From positions 1,536,001 through 1,600,000 of the forward strand of contig OZ242326.1 of assembly GCA_965208325.1 (NCBI GenBank): a DNA stretch of 64,000 nucleotides, in the 5' to 3' direction. Of this stretch, positions 29,565-40,385 are shown in pieces. The translations under genes were made by a program, and so were the position numbers. Position 1 is the first letter of the stretch. Each line of letters begins with the position of its first letter. Under the pieces are notes generated by a model, which saw only the letters and a program-made list of their open reading frames with translations, did no database searches and was not told the origin of the DNA. The stretch is from Candidatus Poribacteria bacterium. Its GTDB lineage: Bacteria > Poribacteria > WGA-4E > PCPOR2b.

Positions 29565-31568
29565 ATGCGTGAACGAAAAATAAGGCTGGGTTTTTCAATT
29601 ATAACCGACATATTGTTAATTAACCTAGCTTTCCTATGTGCTTATCAAACCTGCAACCTACTCGGATTAAATTTACTTGAGTTGTTCAATCTTTCTGAAA
29701 ATGAACGCTCGCCGTCCTTATGGGCTACTCAATCACCAGGCCGGATTCTTTTTATCATCGCTTTAACCGTTACCGCAATCCGCATGTGTACCTTTTTCGC
29801 CTTCCAACTGTACAAACCGGTTTGGCGTTACGCGAGCGTTCGGGAATTTTGGGCGATTGTTGGAGCCGCATGTTCAGGTACCATTGCCCTCATTCTTATT
29901 CTGTATTTCGTAAATCTTTTTCAATCCTGGGCATTCTTTCTAATTGACGGATTATATAACATCACTTTCGTGGGCTTGGCAAAATTTTCTTTTCGCATTG
30001 CTGAAGAATATAGGCGAAGGGATGTCGCTCCTCCCAAAACCAGAGTATTGATTGTCGGCGCGGGCGCTGCGGGCGTCGGCGTTTTAAGGGAGATTCGGAA
30101 TCATCCTGAAAAAGGGTACGTTCCCATCGGGTTTATTGATGACCATCCGCGTAAAGTCGGGAAAAGCATACAGGGGCTTGATGTCCTTGGTACGACGCGT
30201 GAATTGGCATACATCGCACGCAAGCGGCAAGTTGGCGAGATTGTTATCGCCATGCCTTCTGCTTCAGGAAGCCGAATTCGTGAAATTATTCAACAGTGCG
30301 AATACAAGGGATGTAAATTCAAAATCGTCCCTAGCATCCATGCAATTCTCGCCGGACATGTCAGTATCAGCCAGATTCGGGAGGTACGGGTCGAGGATCT
30401 GCTGAACCGTCCAACTTCCCGAATTGATTTGCCCGAAGTATCCAAATACTTATCCGGAAAACGGGTGATGGTAACGGGCGCAGGCGGTTCAATCGGCTCT
30501 GAACTCTGCCGGCAGGTAGCAAAATTTAACCCCGAACTTCTCATTCTCTTTGGGCGCGGTGAGAACAGCATCTACCACATTGAGAACGAACTTAGCGAGA
30601 ATGAACCGAATCTTAATCGTGCGATGATTATTGGCGATATTCGAGATTGCTCTAAGGTGGACCAAGTCATCGCAAAATATCGCCCGCAGATTATCTTCCA
30701 TGCTGCAGCGCACAAACACGTAAAGTTTATGGAGATTCACCCGGACGAAGCCGTCAAAAATAACATCATAGGTACCAAGAATTTGGTGGATGCCGCAATT
30801 AAACATCACGTTGAAGCGTTTATTTTGGTGTCATCAGACAAGGCGGTCAATCCAACAAGCGTCATGGGCGCTTCAAAGCGTGTCACGGAAAAACTCATTC
30901 AGTGTAAGGCGAAACGGAACGGCACCGAGTTTATCGGCGTTCGATTCGGAAACGTAATTGACAGCCGGGGAAGTGTATTGCCAAAGTTTAAGCGCCAGAT
31001 AATGAAAGGAGGGCCCGTAACTGTTACGCACCGTGACGTAATTCGATACTTCATGACAATTCCGGAATCCGTTCAATTGCTTATTCAGGCTGGCGCGATG
31101 GGCCTCGGTGGTGAAATCTTCATTTTGGATATGGGTGAACCAATCAAAATCTTGGATCTGGCGCGGGATTTAATCAGGCTATCCGGGTTGGAAGTGGACC
31201 GCGACATCAAAATAGAGTTCACGGGCTTAGAACCGGGTGAGAAATTATACGAGGAGCTCTTGACCGTTCAAGAAGGGGTTACCGCTACGAAGCATCAGCG
31301 TATCTTTGTCGCTCAACTCGAAACGATTGAGGAAAAAAAGTTGTTGGCTAAAATTGATGAACTTGCCGAAATGGCGAACCACTTGGATACGGAAGGGATT
31401 ATCGCCGAACTTCAGCAAATTGTGCCGACTTATGAACCCAACCGAGCGATTGCAAAGACCTCATACGACGAGAAAATTAAAAAATCTGAAGTACAGGTGA
31501 TTAATCTGGCAAATAGTCGAAAACTCGACGGAAAGCGCGAGTTTGGAAGTGCTTCCGAACGCATTTAA
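29565..31568 (+). CDS. Polysaccharide biosynthesis NDP-sugar 4,6-dehydratase (CapD/PglF family)
   Basis: N-terminal TMs; VTGAGGSIGSELCRQ, FHAAAHKHV, SSDKAVNPTSVMGASKR, VRFGNV. Confidence 0.93.
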   Translation: MRERKIRLGFSIITDILLINLAFLCAYQTCNLLGLNLLELFNLSENERSPSLWATQSPGRILFIIALTVTAIRMCTFFAFQLYKPVWRYASVREFWAIVGAACSGTIALILILYFVNLFQSWAFFLIDGLYNITFVGLAKFSFRIAEEYRRRDVAPPKTRVLIVGAGAAGVGVLREIRNHPEKGYVPIGFIDDHPRKVGKSIQGLDVLGTTRELAYIARKRQVGEIVIAMPSASGSRIREIIQQCEYKGCKFKIVPSIHAILAGHVSISQIREVRVEDLLNRPTSRIDLPEVSKYLSGKRVMVTGAGGSIGSELCRQVAKFNPELLILFGRGENSIYHIENELSENEPNLNRAMIIGDIRDCSKVDQVIAKYRPQIIFHAAAHKHVKFMEIHPDEAVKNNIIGTKNLVDAAIKHHVEAFILVSSDKAVNPTSVMGASKRVTEKLIQCKAKRNGTEFIGVRFGNVIDSRGSVLPKFKRQIMKGGPVTVTHRDVIRYFMTIPESVQLLIQAGAMGLGGEIFILDMGEPIKILDLARDLIRLSGLEVDRDIKIEFTGLEPGEKLYEELLTVQEGVTATKHQRIFVAQLETIEEKKLLAKIDELAEMANHLDTEGIIAELQQIVPTYEPNRAIAKTSYDEKIKKSEVQVINLANSRKLDGKREFGSASERI

Positions 31569-31623
31569 CAAACCTTAACCGACGTATGTTCGATTACCAA
31601 ATTCTTATCTGATGCGGTAACTT

Positions 31624-32493
31624 ATGAAACGGAAGAGATTATTTAAATTCTTGATTATCGGTGTAGCCCTCTTGGTATTGATACTGGTCGTCCGTTCATT
31701 CACCACCAAGGGTGGACAGTTTGGTGACAAGGTTGCTGTTGTCGAAATCATCGGTGCGATTTCAAAATCGGATAAGTCAATTGAGAAAATTCACCGATTT
31801 CGCGACGATCAAACGGTTAAGGCAATTGTTGTTCGCATTGATTCCCCCGGCGGAAGCGTCGGCGCAGTGCAAGAAATTCACACCGAACTCGCAAAACTGG
31901 AAAAACCGGTTGTTGCTTCTATGGGAAACACAGCCGCGTCAGGCGGGTATTACATCGCATGCGCTGCGGATCAAATTGTTGCAAATCGCGGTTCCATCAC
32001 TGGTAGTATCGGCGTTATCTTGCGGTTTATGAAGTTGAAAGGGCTTTACGAAAAGGTGGGATTGGAAGATCAGGTCGTGAAAAGCGGCGAGTTTAAGGAC
32101 ACCGGTTCGCCCGGCCGCGGGCTTACCGATGCGGAACGCGCCTTGTTACAAGACACCATTGATGATGTTCACAGCCAATTTGTCGATGCCGTATTTGAAG
32201 GGCGTAAAGCCCATCTTGCCCGTGAGGAAATCGCTGCACTTGCTGACGGCCGAATCTTTTCCGGTCAACAAGCTCTAGACTATAAACTGGTAGATGTCCT
32301 CGGCAATTTGCCGGACGCAATCGAGCTTGCGGGGACGCTAAGCGGCATTTCGGGCAAACCGAAGGTTATCCGTGATAAGCGCAAAGTGCCTCTGATCGAA
32401 CGCCTCTTAGGAAACACGAGCCAGCAAAATTTAGGGCGTTTACTTAGTGGACCGGGGATTTCATTTCGGTATGAATTCGATTTGGGAGATTGA
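31624..32493 (+). CDS. sppA: Signal peptide peptidase SppA (36K type, S49)
   Basis: RIDSPGG, SMGNTAASGGYYIA, TGSIGV, KSGEFKD. Confidence 0.92.
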   Translation: MKRKRLFKFLIIGVALLVLILVVRSFTTKGGQFGDKVAVVEIIGAISKSDKSIEKIHRFRDDQTVKAIVVRIDSPGGSVGAVQEIHTELAKLEKPVVASMGNTAASGGYYIACAADQIVANRGSITGSIGVILRFMKLKGLYEKVGLEDQVVKSGEFKDTGSPGRGLTDAERALLQDTIDDVHSQFVDAVFEGRKAHLAREEIAALADGRIFSGQQALDYKLVDVLGNLPDAIELAGTLSGISGKPKVIRDKRKVPLIERLLGNTSQQNLGRLLSGPGISFRYEFDLGD

Positions 32494-32635
32494 TACGGCG
32501 TCAGTATTGAAATTTCATTTGATGCTTTCCGCAGCATACATGCAATTTTGTGAAGTCCTTTGATGTGGTGTTTGAAGGAGGTGGGCCGGAAACGCCGATA
32601 TCGGTACAATACAGCAGCAACCATTCCCGCATTTT

Positions 32636-33667
32636 ATGACAAACTCCTACCAAGTGAATCATGATTGGGAACGCACCGCGCGGCATATCGTAAAGGCTAA
32701 AGGGGTTGTGCTCGTAATTGGCAGCACCGATGTCGGGAAATCGACGTTTTGCAGGTTTTTGGTTGACCAAGGCGCGGCGAAAGGATTAAAGGTCGCTTTT
32801 GTTGATGCCGACATTGGGCAGTCGCAGATTGGACCGCCCACTACAATCGGGCTGAAGGTTTTCCATCATGCTTCGGCATCGAATCCGGATGATTTGTATT
32901 TTGTGGGATCGGTGTCTCCCGATGATCACCTGCTTCAATGTGTAACGGGCACGCAGTTGATGGTTGACGCAGCGCATAAAGCTGGCACCGAGATTGTCGT
33001 AATTGATACAACCGGCTATGTTGAAGGCGCCGCCGCAGTTGCACTCAAAAGACACAAAATTGAGATTATCCAGCCAGATTACCTAATCTGTATCCACCGA
33101 TCCAGCGAATTAAATCCAATCGTAGCGGGATTTGACGGGCTTAGCACTATCCAAATTCACCACCTTTCACCGCATAGGGATGCGGCTTCCAAGAGTTTTG
33201 AATTTCGAAGAAAATACCGCGAAACGCGCTTCGCGCATTACTTCGCTGATGCAGTTCGGGAGCGTGTAAACTTTGACCAAATTCGTGGGCAGCGGTCGCA
33301 TTTCTTCATTGGACGGGGGGCGAATACAAAAGAACGGGAAATTCTCGCTGATTTTGCCGGCGAAGATGTCCTCTATGCGGAATGGGGGCATCGATCGCTT
33401 TCGCTTGTTACGCCAAACATGCTTTCAAAACTGGCCCAAGCACGGGTGAAAAGCCAATACAGTCTGACCTCCTTAGTTTCCGAAACGCCAATGTATTTTG
33501 AGCAGCGTCTAATCGGCATGCTTGACAACTCGATGAAAACGCTTTCTATTGGCGTCCTTGAATCGGTCGATTTTCTATCTAATGAGCTGCAGATTCTTTG
33601 CAAACCCAATTGTGCGTCTGCGACAAAAATAGTTCAGTTTGGACAACACAAGGAAAAAGGAAATTGA
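32636..33667 (+). CDS. Clp1/Grc3-family polynucleotide 5'-OH kinase
   Basis: Walker A GSTDVGKST, DADIGQSQIGPPTT, VIDTTG, RRKYRE.RF clasp. Confidence 0.85.
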   Translation: MTNSYQVNHDWERTARHIVKAKGVVLVIGSTDVGKSTFCRFLVDQGAAKGLKVAFVDADIGQSQIGPPTTIGLKVFHHASASNPDDLYFVGSVSPDDHLLQCVTGTQLMVDAAHKAGTEIVVIDTTGYVEGAAAVALKRHKIEIIQPDYLICIHRSSELNPIVAGFDGLSTIQIHHLSPHRDAASKSFEFRRKYRETRFAHYFADAVRERVNFDQIRGQRSHFFIGRGANTKEREILADFAGEDVLYAEWGHRSLSLVTPNMLSKLAQARVKSQYSLTSLVSETPMYFEQRLIGMLDNSMKTLSIGVLESVDFLSNELQILCKPNCASATKIVQFGQHKEKGN

Positions 33668-33714
33668 AAGGCTGATCGATTCATGTTCTACACATTACGG
33701 ATAACACACCGATT

Positions 33715-34431
33715 ATGTGGGATAATACTTACCTGCTTACCGAGCTCCCTTCAAAAGCCGAGACAGAAGAGGAAGTTGAATTCATTCGTGATGTGCTAGA
33801 ACTCCGTCGAGGCGCAGTCGTTTTGGATTTGTGCTGTGGGAATGGACGGCACGGACAAATGCTTGCGGACCAAAACGTAACTGTCATCGGCTTAGACAGT
33901 TCGCGTTTTCTACTGGACGAAGCGCGAAAAGACATACTTTCAACGGAATACGGCATCCATTTTATTGAAGGAGATATGCGCCATATTCCACTCAAATCAT
34001 CGTGCGATGCGGTCATCAATCTTTTTTCGAGTTTTGGATTCTTTGGGGAGGACGGAAACCGACAGGTTCTTTCAGAAGTTGCCGCAGTCCTCAAGCCCGG
34101 TGGAAAATTCCTGGTGGAATACTGGAATCCCCATGCCGTCGTTGATTTGGACCGGTCACGAAATTGGTGGTGGATCTCTGAATCCATGCTTGCACTCGCA
34201 GAGGTTGAATACCATCCCGAATCTGGGTGTATCTCAGACTATCGAACGGTGATTAAACTCTCCTCCGGAAACATCCAAAAGGCGGTCAATCGACTTCGGT
34301 TCTACTTTCCAACCGAACTCAAATCAATGTTGGATGATGCCGCTTTGAAAGTATGTGCGACGTACGGAGATTTCGATTATAGCCCGTTTCTGATTGATGC
34401 GAGGCGGATGATTACAATCGCAGAAAGGTGA
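33715..34431 (+). CDS. Class I SAM-dependent methyltransferase
   Basis: VLDLCCGNGRH, GDMR, LFSSFGFF, LKPGG. Confidence 0.88.
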   Translation: MWDNTYLLTELPSKAETEEEVEFIRDVLELRRGAVVLDLCCGNGRHGQMLADQNVTVIGLDSSRFLLDEARKDILSTEYGIHFIEGDMRHIPLKSSCDAVINLFSSFGFFGEDGNRQVLSEVAAVLKPGGKFLVEYWNPHAVVDLDRSRNWWWISESMLALAEVEYHPESGCISDYRTVIKLSSGNIQKAVNRLRFYFPTELKSMLDDAALKVCATYGDFDYSPFLIDARRMITIAER

Positions 34432-36248
34432 TTTCGATGCCGACGTTTCTGCGCTTCGCAAAGTATCTGAAGCCGTACATCGGTTCAATTGGATTGGCGT
34501 TCATGTGTGCGTTGGTGATGGCTATCTGCGAGGTGGGCTATTTTCAAATTCTGGGAGACACAACGGACGCACTCAAGCTGATTGAAACTAACACTGGTGA
34601 CGGTCCAATACATGTCCGATATTTCTATGTTAAAGATGTCTTCGAAGGAATTGAAATTCCACTTCCGGACGCTGATGCAGCCATCACCCTTGTAGTTTGG
34701 GTATTGGGAGGGATTTTTGCACTCGTAATAATCAAGGGGGCATTCACTTATTGTAACGACTATTTGATGGCACGGGTTGGGAATAAACTCATTATCCGAG
34801 TTCGCAACGAGATGTATGAGCGAATTGCCTTTGCACCATTGGGGACTCTGAAAGAGCACCGCACAGGAGACCTAATGGCACGGGTCACAGACGATGTACG
34901 CACCTGGCAGTATACAGCCGGATCGACCGCAAATGTTATGCGGGATGTTGTGCTATTGCCCGTCTTCGTTGCCGTGCTGTTGTTCAAGAGTTTCCAGATG
35001 ACTGTCTTGGTGTTGGTACTTTTTCCGCTGCTTGGTCATCTGATTAGCCGGTTCGGACGGCGTATCCGCGGCACAAGTACCGAGATTCAACAGCAGACAG
35101 CGAATGTCTCTTCGCAGTTGAAAGAGACAATCTATGGCATTAAAATCATTAAAAGTTTTACGGCGGAAAAACTAGAGTGGAGTCGATTTAAAGAAACCAA
35201 TAGGAGCCAATATCGTTCAGCAATGCGACGCTCTCGATCTACTGCAATGCTGCCGCCACTCGTCGAATTGATTAGCGCGGTCGGAATTGCAACGGTTTTT
35301 GGATTGGGGTGTTGGCAGGTAATTCAAGGAGGCCTTACAACCGGTTCGTTTATTGTTTATGTGGCGATGATTGGCAGGATGTTCAAACCAATCAAGACGG
35401 TAGGGCAATTCAATAACGTCCTGCAACAAAGCCTCGCTTCGGCAGAACGAATATTCTATGTGCTCGACTTCGAGAAAGAAGGCAACGAAGAGGGCAAATT
35501 GCCTCAACTGCCGCCTGTACGCGGTGAAGTCGAATTTCGCGACGTAATTTTCGGATATGACCGAGACGATGAGATAATAAAGCACATTAATTTTTGTGCC
35601 AAACCGGGCGAAGTCATCGCTTTGGTTGGGCCGAGCGGCGGCGGTAAAACCACGTTAGTCAATCTCTTGCCCCGCTTCTACGAATTGGATTCAGGAAAAA
35701 TACTGATTGACGGGTACCCGATTGACCAGGTTTCACTGGATTCTCTCCGTCGGCAGATAGCGATTGTACCGCAAGATACAATCCTTTTTGGCGGAACGGT
35801 GCTGGATAACATCATCTATGGCCAACCCGCAGCCAATCGCGGCGACGCCATTGCAGCGGCGAAACAAGCCAATGCGCACGAATTTATCACCCAGATGCCC
35901 AACGGATACGATACACCAATCGGTGAATCCGGGATCAAGTTATCCGGCGGGCAACAGCAGCGCATCTCAATTGCGCGGGCAATCTTGAAGAACCCGCGCA
36001 TTCTTATACTTGATGAAGCAACTTCAGCACTAGACAGCCAGTCAGAAGCGCTAGTCCAACAATCACTCGGGTACTTGATGCGGGGACGAACAACCTTCGT
36101 CATCGCCCATCGATTATCCACCGTCGTTAACGCGGACAGAATTCTTGTGCTCAAGGGCGGCAGAATCGTCGAAAGCGGGACGCACCAAGAGTTGTTAGAC
36201 AAGGACGGAATTTATCGGACATTGCGTCAAATGCAGCGGCAGGAATAA
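34428..36248 (+). CDS. ABC exporter, fused TMD-NBD (MsbA-like)
   Basis: GPSGGGKT, LSGGQQQR, LILDEATSALD, IAHRL; N-terminal TM domain. Confidence 0.92.
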   Translation: MISMPTFLRFAKYLKPYIGSIGLAFMCALVMAICEVGYFQILGDTTDALKLIETNTGDGPIHVRYFYVKDVFEGIEIPLPDADAAITLVVWVLGGIFALVIIKGAFTYCNDYLMARVGNKLIIRVRNEMYERIAFAPLGTLKEHRTGDLMARVTDDVRTWQYTAGSTANVMRDVVLLPVFVAVLLFKSFQMTVLVLVLFPLLGHLISRFGRRIRGTSTEIQQQTANVSSQLKETIYGIKIIKSFTAEKLEWSRFKETNRSQYRSAMRRSRSTAMLPPLVELISAVGIATVFGLGCWQVIQGGLTTGSFIVYVAMIGRMFKPIKTVGQFNNVLQQSLASAERIFYVLDFEKEGNEEGKLPQLPPVRGEVEFRDVIFGYDRDDEIIKHINFCAKPGEVIALVGPSGGGKTTLVNLLPRFYELDSGKILIDGYPIDQVSLDSLRRQIAIVPQDTILFGGTVLDNIIYGQPAANRGDAIAAAKQANAHEFITQMPNGYDTPIGESGIKLSGGQQQRISIARAILKNPRILILDEATSALDSQSEALVQQSLGYLMRGRTTFVIAHRLSTVVNADRILVLKGGRIVESGTHQELLDKDGIYRTLRQMQRQE

Positions 36249-36439
36249 ATCAGTAAACTTGATGCAAGGATTACACGTCTCAATGAAAAGCTAAGAAAAT
36301 TTCACCCAAAAAATTATCTGCATAAAAAGCGTTGCTCGAATACGAAGGTTATTTTGCTATGACACTTTTGGAATCTTGCGTTGATGAGCAAGACTGAATT
36401 GTAAATCAATGGAAAAGTGTCAAGGAATATGGAACCCGA

Positions 36440-37828
36440 ATGAAAAACATCGCAGAAGACAAGAACCCTATGAGGTTTGATGATATTTTATCCAAGATTA
36501 AACAGAAGAATCGAGGCGATCGAATCGTGGGAAGTCGTGACGAATTCACGGATAGTCCAGTTAGGGGCGTTGCCAATATTAATGGCGAACTCGAATTTGG
36601 GGAAGATGACGAATTTGTGTCCGCGTTGCCCACTGATGAATCCGATGAAAATGAGATTGATGATGAAGAAAATGACGATCTGATCTCGTCTTTTAGAACT
36701 CGCGGCGATGTCGCAGACAGCACGAAGGACGAAGCATTTTCGTATCTTCAGGAGATAGCCCGTACACCGCTGCTCACCCCTGAAGAAGAGGTTAAACTCT
36801 TCGAGAAATTTGAAGAGGGCAAGCAGTGGATTACGGATTTATTTGACCAGCTCCCCATCTCAATACTGGACGAAGTTCGCCCAAAAGCGAAGCCAAAGCG
36901 CGGCGCAAAACAGAAGTCGCCGAATGGAATTTGGTGGAGTCCCATGAACCTCGCCACAACCTTGGAGCAGATTCACGCAGAAATCAAGATTTATCAACGC
37001 GGCCAAACCGATGACGCCATCGAATCAAGAGATGCCCGCGAAGTGTGCGAATTCCTTGACCAACTTTGGATTGAACTCGGCAAAGCAGCCCAAAAGATTC
37101 AAGAAGCCAAACTTAAGCTTGTTGAGGCAAACCTTCTACTCGTCGCGAGCATCGCGAAACAACACAATTTCAATCGATCGTCGCTCTCATTTCTGGATCT
37201 GATGCAGGAGGGAAGTATAGGATTGATGAAGGCGGTCGAGAAATTCGACCTTCAAAGAGGGTATCGCTTCAGCACTTATGCGACTTGGTGGATTATGCAA
37301 GCGATTAAGCGGGCGCTAGATCAACAGAGCCAGACAATTCGCATTCCGTGTTACGTTGGAGAAACCCGGCGGTCTATCAAGCAAGCCCAAACAAAACTCG
37401 CGAGGGACCTCGAACGCGAACCGGACATAAAAGAGATTGCTGAACTCGTCAAGATGACTGAGAGTCGTGTGGTTGAAATTCTTCAAAGTACAAAAGGTAC
37501 AATTTCACTTGACTCTCCGCTCAGCGATTCATCACCCGATGCTACCATCTCTGACCTGCTTGCCGACGATTCCCAAATAACACCGGAAGAGGAACTGCTT
37601 TGCAGTTCGGAGAAAGAATCGCTCGAAAGGGTGCTCAACACCTTGGCGCCGCGTGAAAAGCATGTCATTAAACTGCGTTACGGCTTGCAAGACGGTACAG
37701 AATACACGCTCGCCGAAATCGGGCGCCAACTTGGCATTAGCCGGGAAAGAGTCCGCCAAATCGAGGACGAAGCGCTTCGCAAACTGCGGCATCACACGCG
37801 CGTTCAGTATCTCGAAGAGCTGCTTTAA
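36440..37828 (+). CDS. RpoD/SigA-like sigma-70 factor
   Basis: Region 1.2 YLQEIARTPLLT, region 2 DLMQEG.IGLMKAVEKFD...FSTYATWWI, region 4 TLAEIG..LGISRERVRQIE. Confidence 0.92.
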   Translation: MKNIAEDKNPMRFDDILSKIKQKNRGDRIVGSRDEFTDSPVRGVANINGELEFGEDDEFVSALPTDESDENEIDDEENDDLISSFRTRGDVADSTKDEAFSYLQEIARTPLLTPEEEVKLFEKFEEGKQWITDLFDQLPISILDEVRPKAKPKRGAKQKSPNGIWWSPMNLATTLEQIHAEIKIYQRGQTDDAIESRDAREVCEFLDQLWIELGKAAQKIQEAKLKLVEANLLLVASIAKQHNFNRSSLSFLDLMQEGSIGLMKAVEKFDLQRGYRFSTYATWWIMQAIKRALDQQSQTIRIPCYVGETRRSIKQAQTKLARDLEREPDIKEIAELVKMTESRVVEILQSTKGTISLDSPLSDSSPDATISDLLADDSQITPEEELLCSSEKESLERVLNTLAPREKHVIKLRYGLQDGTEYTLAEIGRQLGISRERVRQIEDEALRKLRHHTRVQYLEELL

Positions 37829-37942
37829 CGCGTCTTTGTTGTAACGCTTTCGCCCCCTGTTGTTTCGAGTCGCCCTAGCGCTTATCGGGCTTATGTGGCA
37901 ATAATTGGCAGAAGAAGCGGAATACTTCGTAGTCTCTTTCCG

Positions 37943-38896
37943 CTAGCGTTCCGCCGCCCGCGATGCAGCAAGTTCACGGAATCGGCTGACCGTTTTTTGG
38001 ATTCCCTCTTCCATCGAATACATGGGCGTGAATCCGATTTCTTCTGCAACTGGCGTAGCGTCATAGTCCCATGAGATTCCAAATACGCCCGATTTAAGCG
38101 TAATCTTCGCATCGGGTACAATCCGCTTCAAATATTCGGCGGCTTCGCGTACCGGGCGTATGCCGCCGCTGACATTGAAAACCCGCGTGCGCGTCGTTGG
38201 ACAGGTACACGCCATCAAAATGGATTGGGAGACATCTTCAACATATTGCCAATCCACAGCGTCGTCACCGAAGGGCACAACACTCGGCCTCCCCATCGCG
38301 GCATCTTCAATCATTTTTGTCGAAAATGAACTCATTCCCCGCGTTCGCCCAACCCCGTACACCGCTGTAAACCTCAGTCCGATGATGTCCACGTTGTATT
38401 TGTCGAAGTAGAAAGACGCATACCTTTCGTTCAGGGATTTGCAAGCCCCATAAATGAACTTCGGGTAATGCGGCGCTTCATTTTGAATCTGTTGGTGGTT
38501 GTAATCTTCTGGCGCTCCAAAAACTGCAACTGTGCTCGCCCACACAACGCGTTTTAGATTGAAGATGCGCGCCGCTTCGAACATATTGATTGTGCCTTCG
38601 CACACCACCTTTAATGCCTGCGGCGGATTGGCGTCGCATGCTGGGACCTGCCACGACGCTAGATGGATAATACGATCGACTTTATGTTCCTTAACCGTAC
38701 GCAAGACGTGCGGCAAATCGGTGATGTCCCCTTGCACAAAGGTGAAGCCTTCAAGTTGTTCAGGCGGCAATACCAGCTTAGGAATGGTTAAATCGTGTAT
38801 CGAATCAAAAACGATGAGTTTCTCGCCGGCATTTAGGAGATCTCGGATTACGTATGATCCGATGCAACCCATGCCACCGGTGATTAAATACGCCAT
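37943..38896 (-). CDS. NAD-dependent epimerase/dehydratase
   Basis: ITGGMGCIG, YGACK, LRFTAVYG. Confidence 0.9.
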   Translation of the reverse strand: MAYLITGGMGCIGSYVIRDLLNAGEKLIVFDSIHDLTIPKLVLPPEQLEGFTFVQGDITDLPHVLRTVKEHKVDRIIHLASWQVPACDANPPQALKVVCEGTINMFEAARIFNLKRVVWASTVAVFGAPEDYNHQQIQNEAPHYPKFIYGACKSLNERYASFYFDKYNVDIIGLRFTAVYGVGRTRGMSSFSTKMIEDAAMGRPSVVPFGDDAVDWQYVEDVSQSILMACTCPTTRTRVFNVSGGIRPVREAAEYLKRIVPDAKITLKSGVFGISWDYDATPVAEEIGFTPMYSMEEGIQKTVSRFRELAASRAAER

Positions 38897-38922
38897 CTTC
38901 TTTATGCCCCTTCTTCAATCTC

Positions 38923-39249
38923 TCAATCTAGGTATCTCGGTGAGTTTACGTCCACAAGAATATCGTTTCCTTCGACTTCCACAGGATACGTAACAATTCG
39001 TTCTTTGCCCGGCCAGACACATTTGCCCGTTTTCACGTCGAACTGCCATAGATGCAGCGGACACGTAATGACTTGATTCTCCAAAAATCCGTAGTGCAAA
39101 ACGCCGCCGAGATGGGGGCAGATATTATTTATCGCATAGTATTCCCCATTGACGTTGTAGATTCCGACAAAGACACCCTCTACCTTGACGCCGATGCCGC
39201 TTCCGGGTTCAACTTCATCGGTTGTAGCAGCCTTAAAAAACCGAGACAA
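38923..39249 (-). CDS. Rieske [2Fe-2S] ferredoxin
   Basis: CPHLGG...CPLHLWQFD Rieske motifs. Confidence 0.9.
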   Translation of the reverse strand: MSRFFKAATTDEVEPGSGIGVKVEGVFVGIYNVNGEYYAINNICPHLGGVLHYGFLENQVITCPLHLWQFDVKTGKCVWPGKERIVTYPVEVEGNDILVDVNSPRYLD

Positions 39250-39332
39250 TTAAATGAATGTCCTTTCTCTCAAATATTGATAAGACTTGCTGAACACACC
39301 ATGCCATCCCATCCGGCGTGGAACGGATACGC

Positions 39333-40160
39333 TCAGGAGCCGTTGGCAACCGAGGTATCTAAATTCGCCTTCAGGTATTCGTAACACTTCTTTTGGCCTC
39401 GCCCATCGTTCTCGCGCCCCTCATATTCGCAACACCACGAGCCCTCGTAGCCGGCGGTTTTGAGACAGTGAATCGCTTTGGTGAGGTTTATTTCACCCTC
39501 GCCAAGCGCCTCGCCGCGATATTCACCGCGTATTCCTCTGCCGTCCTTCAGGTGTAGATGCAGCGTGTAGGGCGCGATAATTTCATAATACCGCTCGACA
39601 GTTTGCAAGTCGTGTCCAAACCAGCGGTAGTTCATCGTATCAAGGGTAGCGCCGACATATTTGGATCCGATGCGCTCAAACAACTCGATTTGGCGATCTC
39701 CGTCGTTAGTTACAAACCCGTGATTGTCCACGGCGAGATAGACCCCTTCAGTCTCAGCGAACTCGACGCAGCGGTTCAAGCAGCCGGTCATTGCCTCAAT
39801 CCATCGGTTCTCAGGTACGCTTTCTTTCGGCGAACCACCCTCAGTGCGAATCGCCGTGGCGCCCAATATTTTTGTTAGTCCGACGATTCGCCGCATTCGA
39901 TCTACCTGAAACCGAACAGGTTCCTCATCTAGGACAACGAAGTCGTTTCCCGCTGCGAACGCGCAAACGTTTAAGCCGTAAGATTCCACCTTTTTTCGAA
40001 TTGCCTCGGCGTTTTTCTCAGGGACGTCAATCCCCGGATGCCAAACATCGTTCACCTGCAGTTCAACATTGTCGAAACCTGTATCACTGACAAATTCAAG
40101 AAATTCATCGAATGAAAAATTGGGGAAGTTGTAGTGAACCATACCCGATTCTGGCATCAT
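39333..40160 (-). CDS. Sugar phosphate isomerase/epimerase (TIM barrel)
   Basis: AVDNHG, LDTMNY, HLHLKD, LGEG, CEYEG. Confidence 0.85.
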   Translation of the reverse strand: MMPESGMVHYNFPNFSFDEFLEFVSDTGFDNVELQVNDVWHPGIDVPEKNAEAIRKKVESYGLNVCAFAAGNDFVVLDEEPVRFQVDRMRRIVGLTKILGATAIRTEGGSPKESVPENRWIEAMTGCLNRCVEFAETEGVYLAVDNHGFVTNDGDRQIELFERIGSKYVGATLDTMNYRWFGHDLQTVERYYEIIAPYTLHLHLKDGRGIRGEYRGEALGEGEINLTKAIHCLKTAGYEGSWCCEYEGRENDGRGQKKCYEYLKANLDTSVANGS

Positions 40161-40385
40161 CGCTCCTCCGCTTATGTGTATCTATTCGGCTCTCCGTGAG
40201 AGCGAAATTCGTACTCACATTATACCGTCCAAGCGATAATGTGTCAATTGCGAAGTCGGTACGCCTTATCCCGCTCTGCGGCATAAATCTGTTGATCTCC
40301 AAAGGGCGGCATGTTACCATATTTTGAACGATCCAATTTCGGACTACTGCACTGAGACACCATCGTCAGACATGCCGCATGCCCA

